Source: Eubacteriales bacterium (lineage in GTDB: Bacteria; Bacillota; Clostridia; Oscillospirales; CAG-272). Taken from it: DNA of 32,970 nucleotides. Below are positions 25,601 to 32,600 of the stretch, in pieces; position 1 is the stretch's first letter, and the number at the start of each line of letters is the position of its first letter. Location: assembly GCA_045129715.1 (NCBI GenBank), contig JBGVKA010000070.1:1-32970 (forward strand), in the 5' to 3' direction. The translations under genes were made by a program, and so were the position numbers. The notes beneath the pieces are model-generated. The model was not told where the DNA came from, ran no database searches, and saw only the letters and a list, made by a program, of their open reading frames with translations.

Positions 25601-28214
25601 TTACTCCTTCGCATTCCTCGGAGACACTCAGTTCCTCATCTATAAGGACATTAACGAGGGTACCACTAAGTATACCAAGGCTATTTACGATTGGCTTATC
25701 GAGAACAAAGACGAGAAGAAGCTTCAGTACGTATTTGGTCTCGGTGATATCAGTGACAAGGATATGATAGCCGAATACGAATACGCGGCTTATCTCTACA
25801 GCACTCTCGGTGATGCCGGAATCAAATACGCGGCTATCCCCGGTAACCACGACGGACAGACCGCATACGTCAAGTACGATTCCGTATTCTCTCAGGATGC
25901 ATACCTTACTGACGGTGTCGTCAGCTACAAGGATGGAAGCGTTGCTAACTACTACAAGACCTTCGAGGTTGGCGAGTACAAGTATATGGTAGTAGTTCTT
26001 GAGTTCGGTGCTCCCGATGCGGTTCTTGAGTGGGCAAACAATGCCGTTGCATCGAATCCCGACAGACAGGTTATCGTTCTTACTCACGGTTACATAGGCT
26101 ACGACGGAGGCTTCCTCAGTGAGAAGGAGCTTCACGCACCTAACGCAAACAACGGTCTTAACAGCGGTGAGGAGATCTGGACAAAGTTTGTTTCTCAGCA
26201 CTCCAACATCATAATCTCCGCTTGCGGACATATCGATCCCTATAACATCAAGCAGAGATCTGACGTAGGCGTGAACGGAAATACCGTTCAGCAGTTCCTT
26301 ATCGATCCTCAGGCTCTCGATAAGACCTGGAGCTACGACACCGGTATGGTGGCTATGTTCTACTTCTCGGACGGCGGTAAGGACGTAAGAGTTGAGTACG
26401 TTTCCACGACCAAGACTCAGAGAGCAAAAGAAACCGATCCCAACGCTAAGGACGTTCTCTTCGGCGAGGCTAATCAGTTCAGCTTTACTCTCGATATCCC
26501 CACCGCAGAGAAGGTAGTTACCGCTTACGGTGAGCTCCCCTATATCAATACTAACCTTGATCTTAACGCAGCGGTTCTCTTTAAGAATAACGCAGACGGA
26601 ACCTATTCCTTCGTTGGCGGTTATGCGAGCGTTGACCTTGCGTTTGCGGAGGTTATAAAGGACGCGAGCGGAAGCTTTACCGTTCTTCTTCGCGACAACG
26701 CGAGAATGTCCTCTAAGGTATCCTTCAATAATTTCAAAGGCGATCTTACCCTCGATCTTGGCGGATACGAGCTTAAGGTTGACCAGAGCGGCAATTATCT
26801 CTTCGATATTTACAGAAATAACGCGACCTCGATAAATGCGACCTACACCGTTAAAAACGGTAGCATTACTAAGGCTCACGGAAGAGGTCTCAACTGCATT
26901 AACTACGGCACCTCTATTGCCGCAGACAGCAGCATCTCCTTCACCTACGATAACGTAACTTTCAAGTCGTTGACCTCATCCCTCGTTAACAACGTTATCT
27001 TCTGCAACTGGGAAAACGGTTACTCAAGTGCTATCACCAACAAGATGTACGTTAACGCAGTATTCAACGACTGTACGTTCGATCTTAAGAACTCTATAAA
27101 CGGCGCGCTTATGCTTTCTATGACCAACACCTCAAACGGCGGTAACGTGGTGGTTTACGACGTTACGGTCAACGGCGGTGTTATAGCGGTTAAGGACGGT
27201 GCGGACATTGAAGGTCTTTACACTCAGGACGCACTTGATAAGATCACCTTCGGCAAGACCGAGGACGGAAATTATACCGCTCTCGTAGCTCCTTACGGCT
27301 CGACCGAGCCCACCGTAGTTTATAACGGACTTGAGTTCGTTAAGGTATCCGAGAATGCAGACGAGGTAATTTACAGACTTAGACCCGTCGAGGTTGCAGA
27401 TGTAAATTATGCGCCCAAGATGAGCATAACTCTCGCTACCGAGTTCGTTATGAACGTATACGTTCCCGTAAATTATACACAAAAGTTTACATTTAACGGT
27501 GTAACCTACGATTCCGCAAACTCCTTCGGCGGTAAGGTCACCACTCTTGATGACGGATATAGCTACTACGTTATCTCCGTAGCTCTCGGCTCCTCCGAGG
27601 CTGCAAGCGAGCTCAAGCTCGTAGCTACCGTTAACGCTGAGGACACCGTTGCAACCGCTACCTTCACCTTCTCCATTCCTAAGTACGCAAAGAAGGTCAT
27701 CGCAGGCGGCAGCGAGGTGGAGAAGACTCTTGTCAAGGACGTTCTTGCTTACGTAAGAGCGGCTTACGAGTACTTCACCGAGCACAACGATAAGGCAGAG
27801 ATAGAGAGAGTTGTTGCTCTCGTTAACTCCATTATCGGAGAGGATCACGTAAGCGTTCCCACCTCGAGCGGTGTTACCGCAAAGGATAACGCAGGCATCG
27901 TTACCGACGTAACTCTTAACCTCAGCGCAAATCCCACCGTTCGCTTCTACGTGACCGATACTGCTCTTGAGTTCTATGCGAACGGCAAGAAGCTTAATAC
28001 CGTAGCATCCGCTGACGGCGGCTACGTTGAGCTTGACGTATACGCATATGCACTCGCTGAAACCATCACCTTTGGTGAGGGCGGAAGCTACCACGTCTCC
28101 GATTTCGTAAACGGTGCTAAGGGTACCGATCACGAGGCGGTTGTGAATGCGTTCGTTAAGTACGTTGAGGCGGCAGCCGATTACAGAAATGCTGTAATCG
28201 GAGGTAATAAGTAA
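22638..28214 (+). CDS. Giant secreted protein (1858 aa): signal peptide, 4 LamG/concanavalin-A-like domains, calcineurin-like metallophosphoesterase, about 290-aa unknown module, tandem C-terminal domain
   Basis: Signal peptide ending ..STGA/A. Four repeats with WxHV, YINGx, FxGxI..LALY..PLTxEEI and D.SGNGYH. GDTQ/GLGDISD/GNHD/THGY/GHID phosphoesterase motifs at about 25600-26490. Confidence 0.85.
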   Translation: MKSRINALTKITLIVLLVALVVASVAFSTGAASEIGESASEGRTFKDITKLDQRLELTRPLEDIPLTWEAEIKVEGTSDELCKGTLFGQYGGNGKNVFFNFEIFTVNGVPSPALVYVNDYTPKSQNSVVFDKNSTPIKDADGKTNTIADHIGEWVHVAITTTLVDASTNTYDFNCYINGKKAYETVQRKNVIFTESNLETAQNSNRFALGSNAVPTDPVEFPGSIRKLALYGNSLTEEEVASSYKNGVNKNGTDLIAYYDMSTVDDLWYEEDLSGNGYHLARADKVYNVNSEGRGGFDKANRLTLTKKLTETPLTVEAVIKTTSTGCTVFGNTTTSTVGCLNFEIYKSQPALCFPIDATGKRGSVIFSTPLEGVQGFTPNANEKDGFTYIAITATPTGVENTYNFDCYVNGVKAYDTITNKVAYLDAELIQAAGNLVIGGNGGSSQFSGTIRSVNLYNRPLTAAEIRASYIFESTFDGMIAGYDMSDYSHIRNPQFEADISGNGYHAQKANNTNTGKWFDTTSGGDKVAASADAAKPYFVYNTIEQMPRTYEMTVYVNGNASNEVFSSTVFGNYPNAANSCINLEFFNKGIALCLWDYDASGKLVKDTVQFTYKPTANQWLHLVVTNEVAAGKSIYKLYINGEHVDTVTSKPNVHDIIDSQTATRLFSLGGSGAKSFNGGLIDFALYSDPLTAEEVMDSFRNGVNKYDESLIAYYDLKTVAGDDFIQDLSGNNHHASRNDYTLAEGGRWFNIDEERLAVSKNYKDAPLTISAEIYIPESVNKANTIFGNFYARDYINFEITSNNKAALVINELPENLITSNSTAYIHSIVFNEEIPRGEWTTLTVVYDKYCTTDDRYALYVDGVKSTAGYTFGGIHNDKNSAGNKIVSHTFELDMEWIQRAIPFTLGRDATKCFQGKIKNLALYSEPLSEEQIASITANGVDMTSRELFAYYNLDNPENTKTFVKDETGNGYDFTYRFFESENEETYDYSFAFLGDTQFLIYKDINEGTTKYTKAIYDWLIENKDEKKLQYVFGLGDISDKDMIAEYEYAAYLYSTLGDAGIKYAAIPGNHDGQTAYVKYDSVFSQDAYLTDGVVSYKDGSVANYYKTFEVGEYKYMVVVLEFGAPDAVLEWANNAVASNPDRQVIVLTHGYIGYDGGFLSEKELHAPNANNGLNSGEEIWTKFVSQHSNIIISACGHIDPYNIKQRSDVGVNGNTVQQFLIDPQALDKTWSYDTGMVAMFYFSDGGKDVRVEYVSTTKTQRAKETDPNAKDVLFGEANQFSFTLDIPTAEKVVTAYGELPYINTNLDLNAAVLFKNNADGTYSFVGGYASVDLAFAEVIKDASGSFTVLLRDNARMSSKVSFNNFKGDLTLDLGGYELKVDQSGNYLFDIYRNNATSINATYTVKNGSITKAHGRGLNCINYGTSIAADSSISFTYDNVTFKSLTSSLVNNVIFCNWENGYSSAITNKMYVNAVFNDCTFDLKNSINGALMLSMTNTSNGGNVVVYDVTVNGGVIAVKDGADIEGLYTQDALDKITFGKTEDGNYTALVAPYGSTEPTVVYNGLEFVKVSENADEVIYRLRPVEVADVNYAPKMSITLATEFVMNVYVPVNYTQKFTFNGVTYDSANSFGGKVTTLDDGYSYYVISVALGSSEAASELKLVATVNAEDTVATATFTFSIPKYAKKVIAGGSEVEKTLVKDVLAYVRAAYEYFTEHNDKAEIERVVALVNSIIGEDHVSVPTSSGVTAKDNAGIVTDVTLNLSANPTVRFYVTDTALEFYANGKKLNTVASADGGYVELDVYAYALAETITFGEGGSYHVSDFVNGAKGTDHEAVVNAFVKYVEAAADYRNAVIGGNK

Positions 28215-28241
28215 GAGTGAATAGTGAAGAAGTGAGGTTAG
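28204..28241 (+). repeat. Heptamer-type repeat shared with the tRNA trailer (875-899, minus strand)
   Basis: 28204-28228 matches the reverse complement of 875-899 at 24/25 nt. Confidence 0.7.
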
Positions 28242-28249
28242 AAAAGAAA

Positions 28250-28384
28250 ATGAAGAATTATATTAACCCCGAAATTGAGGTTGTAGAGCTTAAGATAAAC
28301 GATATTCTTACTACATCATCAGGTACCGAAACACCTCCTTACGAGGAGACAGACGGAAGCTGGGAGATAAGTGTAAATCCTTGA
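28250..28384 (+). CDS. 44-aa acidic peptide with a lasso/RiPP-like leader (MKNYINPEIEVVELKINDILTTSSGTETPPYEETDGSWEISVNP), not in the ORF track
   Basis: ATG 35 nt after the giant gene stop, GAGGT RBS-like site, and a paralogous fragment at 161-229 with synonymous changes. Confidence 0.8.
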   Translation: MKNYINPEIEVVELKINDILTTSSGTETPPYEETDGSWEISVNP

Positions 28385-28477
28385 TCGGATTTACACAATG
28401 AAATCCATTTCGGTGAAATGGAATAAATCCACTAAGGTGGATGAAATCGCTATGCGATTAAATCCGACTTTGTCGGA
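28371..28477 (+). repeat. Five-hairpin array, copy B
   Basis: Stems at 28371-28396, 28404-28422, 28427-28442, 28446-28458 and 28463-28477, joined by TGAAATC/TAAATC linkers. Confidence 0.8.
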
Positions 28478-28485
28478 CGAAAAGC

Positions 28486-28523
28486 AAAAGACTTAGCCGG
28501 AAAAATACGGCTAAGTCTTTTTT
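28486..28523 (+). terminator. Rho-independent terminator closing the giant gene/peptide unit
   Basis: AAAAGACTTAGCCG / CGGCTAAGTCTTTT followed by a T-run. Homologous to 336-372. Confidence 0.88.
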
Positions 28524-28600
28524 GCGTGGTTTTAAATTATATAAAAGCGGTCTGTGTGACGGTGGCTTTGATGGGTAGTGTTTGATAAAAACACAGATTT

Positions 28601-28654
28601 TGGCGGTTTTGTGTATGCTTTTGGCAAGACAAAAAACAGTGTAAATGTTATACT
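28601..28654 (+). promoter_or_regulatory. Candidate orphan AraC-type promoter, antisense to AraC no. 2
   Basis: TGGC at 28601 and 28622 (21-bp period) and ATGT-TATACT with the -10 27 bp after the second repeat start, the same geometry as 22540-22593. Confidence 0.45.
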
Positions 28655-28709
28655 AAAATAAACAAACGTATCAAAATGGGAAAATAGGCGCGACCGTCCT
28701 TGGTGTCGA

Positions 28710-29525
28710 TCACTCAAAAAAGCTCGTTTTGGGCTGCTCCTGCGGACCTGCAAAGAACTTTTTTCTGTACTCCGAAGGTGAGAATCCCATAATGCTTCTG
28801 AATTGCCTTAAGAACGTTCGTTCGCTTCCGAATCCGCATTCGTAACCGATCTCGGTCGTGGTTTTGTCACTTGAGGTGATAAGATATCTTGCGCGCTCGA
28901 TCCTGAGGCTTGCAAGAATGGTACAGAAATTGAGTCCGTAAAGCTTTTGTATACAGTGGGAGAGATAATTCGCACTGTATCCGAGTGCACCTGCCACGCT
29001 ATCGAGTGTGATAGGCTCGGTAAAGTGCTCGTTCATATAGGTTATCACCTTAGAAACTACACTCGTTCCGCCCATACTTTTATGTAAAGGCGTCGTGGAA
29101 ACGTAGTCGTTAAGAGCAAGATAGAGAAATCCCTTTACGTTGTAAAGGGAAAGGTCCTCACCGTTAAGTATCTTCTCGCGGAATACCGCGAGAGTTGACT
29201 CGCTCGGCTTGAACACCGCGCGCTCACCGACGTTGCCCTCGTGCTTCTTCATAAAGCTGACCGTCGTTGCAGGGGAGAAGAGGTACATTGCGAGCTTGTT
29301 TACGCCTTTGGAGGACATATTGTGGGTTTGGTAGGGGAAGATGAATGCCGCCTCGCCCGCCCTTATGTATTCCTGCTTGTCGTCAACAGTGATACGCATC
29401 TCGCCCTCAAGCATAAATATGAGCTCTGCGTATTGGTGGATATGGTTCGATACCTTATACACCTTGTTATATATCTGATGCTGAAAGGCGGCTTTTGAGC
29501 CGAAATTGTTTCCCATTATACGCAT
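28710..29525 (-). CDS. AraC family transcriptional regulator, no. 2 (paralog of no. 1)
   Basis: HIHQYAEL cupin, LGYSANYLSH, LRIERARYL and IGYECGFGSERTFLRQFRSIMGFSPSEY. GGAGG RBS. Confidence 0.95.
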   Translation of the reverse strand: MRIMGNNFGSKAAFQHQIYNKVYKVSNHIHQYAELIFMLEGEMRITVDDKQEYIRAGEAAFIFPYQTHNMSSKGVNKLAMYLFSPATTVSFMKKHEGNVGERAVFKPSESTLAVFREKILNGEDLSLYNVKGFLYLALNDYVSTTPLHKSMGGTSVVSKVITYMNEHFTEPITLDSVAGALGYSANYLSHCIQKLYGLNFCTILASLRIERARYLITSSDKTTTEIGYECGFGSERTFLRQFRSIMGFSPSEYRKKFFAGPQEQPKTSFFE

Positions 29526-29551
29526 ATCACGAACCTCCGTTTCTCGATTAC

Positions 29552-29602
29552 ATTATACACCGTTTATCACAATTTGTCAATAATGCCAAACGGCTTTAAA
29601 AT
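29552..29602. promoter_or_regulatory. Divergent promoters sharing an overlapping -35 region
   Basis: Minus strand TTGACA(29580-29575)-17-TATAAT(29557-29552). Plus strand TTGTCA(29574-29579)-17-TAAAAT(29597-29602). Confidence 0.7.
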
Positions 29603-29638
29603 ATACAAAACACACCAAACGTAAAAAGGAGAATAAAA

Positions 29639-32600
29639 ATGAAGAAATCAAGACTTATAGCACTTTCGCTCAGCTTGATAATGCTTATCTCGGCTCTCTT
29701 TGCCTTTACCGTGCCCACAGGTGCGGCAGGTGAAGAAAAGGAGCAATCGGGATTCTTTGAAAGGGCTGACAAGGATGCAAGCACCTATGCCTATTCAATC
29801 GCGGTTATCGGTGACACGCAGTCACTTTCCGATAGCGATTACGATAATAGGAATAACGATAATTATGTAAAGAGAATGGATACTCTCTATTCTTGGGTTC
29901 AGAACAATATCGAAGCAAAGAAGATCGGTCTTGTAATGGGACTTGGCGATATCGTTGAGAATTGGGAGCATCCTCTCGATTGGCCCGAGTATAAAGATAC
30001 CGACAAGGGTAATCAGAGCATTTGGGAGTGGGAGAATGCGACTCGCATTTTCAATACCTATCTTGACGGCGAAAACGGAGTAAACGTTCCTTACACTCTC
30101 GTTCGCGGTAACCACGATAGCGCGAATGCGTATAACGCCTTTGTCACAAGCGAAAATATGTCGGCATACAGAGAACAGTTCGCCTCCGATAACGCAGGCT
30201 TCTACGTTGATTCAAATGGCGTTATCAAGTATGATAACTCCTATATGAAGCTTACTCTCGGAACAACCAAGTGGCTCGTTATGACTCTCGATTACGGAAT
30301 TACCGAGCGTGAGCTTGACTGGGCGGGTGACGTGATTGCCGAGAACCCCGATTACAGAGTTATTCTCTCTATGCATAGCTATCTCTATCACGATAAGACG
30401 ATAGATGGAGAGGGCGATACGCAAAGCACAGCATTCCCCAATCCTAACTGGGATTATACTATGGATATGCGAGGCAACAACAAGACCGATGAAAACCCCG
30501 AGGGTCCTGTTTACAATCCCGACGGTATCTGGGAAAGACTTGTTTCGAGACATTCCAATATCGAGATCGTGCTTTCGGGACATATTCCCAACAGCGCTAC
30601 TCAGATGTCACAGCTTGTCGGTGATAACGGAAATACCGTGACTCAGATTCTTGTCGACCCTCAGTCTATGGATCTCCCCGCTAACAACACCAGTGGATGC
30701 GGAATGGTAGCTATGCTCTATTTCAACGAGGACGGCACGCTCCAAGACTCTCAGTGGGATGAAAAGACTATTGATCTTGAATGGTATTCGACTATTAAGC
30801 AGAAGTACTTTAAGGAAGCTAACCAGTTCACCATCGACGTTAATTTGTATGACGGCGGTATTAAGACCGAAAATTACGGTACTATCCCCGCAAAATATGC
30901 TGACACGGAAAAATATCCTTTTGTAACCTTTGGTTACGATAGAGATATCGACGAATACTTCTTCCTTGGCGCATACAGCAGCTGGTCGGATTCGAGCACG
31001 GGTGCATATCCTGCTCTTTCGACAATTTCGGGTGCTGCTAAAAAGGTTCCCGCTTACGTTCTTCTTCGCCGTGATTACACATCTGAAATAAGTAAGTCTT
31101 ATGCGATGGGTAAGCTCACGCTTATGGAGGTCAACCTCGACCTTAACGGATTTACCGTAACCACGGGCAACAACGCCTTCTTCAGCACCAATCTCGGAAC
31201 CGCTAATGCAAAAACGACGCTTAACGTATTCGGAAAAGAGGGATCGAAGATTCTTAACGGAAGTTCCTACCGATCCTTTATAGTTCTCGGAGCTACCAGC
31301 TCGGGCTCGGGCGCAAGCTTTACTTATAATTTTAGCGGCATTACCTTTGGATTTGCCGAAGGAACGACCACAACGAAGCTTGTAGCAGAAACCTTTGATA
31401 TGGCTTCGAGCAATAATTCTCCTATAACTATTTCACAAAGCCTCAACTTTGAAAATTGCACGTTTGATCTTAAGACGAACAAGCCGAGCAATTCCGTGGT
31501 CCTCTTCAAGCTTAATGAATCCGTGGGAGCAGGATTTAACGTTTGCTCGACGGGCGTTAAGGTAGACGGCGGAAAGATTATCGCAAACGATATGACCTCT
31601 GTCGAAATCTGCAAGAAGAATGCAACCGACACGATAACCTTCAACGAGGGCAAGTCGGGTGAATATACCACCTTTGAGCTTTCCTCGGGTGCCGCGGCTC
31701 CCACCGAGGCTCTCAAGAACTCGCTTGGCGAGGATCTTGAATACGTAAGCCGCGGAAACGGAGTTTACGGCTTGGAGAAGGCTACCGAAAAGCGCGGAGT
31801 TATCGACGTTTGGCTCATCGGCGGACAGTCCAATGCCGCAGGATACGGCAGTGACGGACTCACCGATGCTAAATACGATTCAAGATATACGAACGGCTTT
31901 GACAATATCCTTTACTACGGTGCAGGTGACAATAACGCGAAGGATTCCTTCGTTCCCCTGACCGTAGGTCTCGGAAACAAGGCAACCTCCGTTGGTGCCG
32001 AGGTCGGAATTGCCAAGATGCTCGGTGACACGGACACTATGAACGCGGTCATCAAGCTCGGACGCGGTGCATCCTACCTCTATCCCAACACCACGGCAAG
32101 TGCATCCCAGAATTACGGAACGTGGACGTCTCCCACCTATATAAAGACTCACGGTATCGATACCGACGGAACTCTTATCGGTGCGCTTTATAACGATTTT
32201 ATCGAGACCGTTGCCGATGCGATAGCAATCCTTAAGGCACAGGGCTACACACCCGTCATCCGCGGTATGTGGTGGATGCAGGGCGAGGCGGAGAGCTCCG
32301 ATGCGACCACCGCTGCGGCTTACCCCGAGCTTCTTGAGTGTCTTATCAACGACCTCAGAAGAGATATCGAGGCGGCGTGCGGTGTTGAAAGCTCGGATAT
32401 GCCCTTCGTTGCAGGCAATATTCTCAGAAATCCCGCAAAGGATGCTGACGGAAACTTCGTTTATTCCCAGCCCGCATTCCTTGCAGACATCAATGCGGCT
32501 CAGGCGAGCGTTGCCAAAAAGCTTAATAACGTTTACACCGTGGCTACCGCTCATCTTCCTCAGATAGATAACTGGCACTTCACGGCAGACGCTCAGCAGT

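Noticed and set aside
23979-26879. 966-aa antisense ORF (also 27132..28133, 31880..32935, 13410..14858, 6570..7907, 20136..21593)
   Set aside because: These are shadows of well-supported genes on the opposite strand, explained by sense-strand scarcity of TTA/CTA/TCA codons. They show no recognisable motifs.
28382-28422. TGA plus hairpin as selenocysteine/SECIS readthrough
   Set aside because: The paralog has TAA at the same position, the TGA is inside the hairpin loop, and readthrough meets TAA after 13 more codons.
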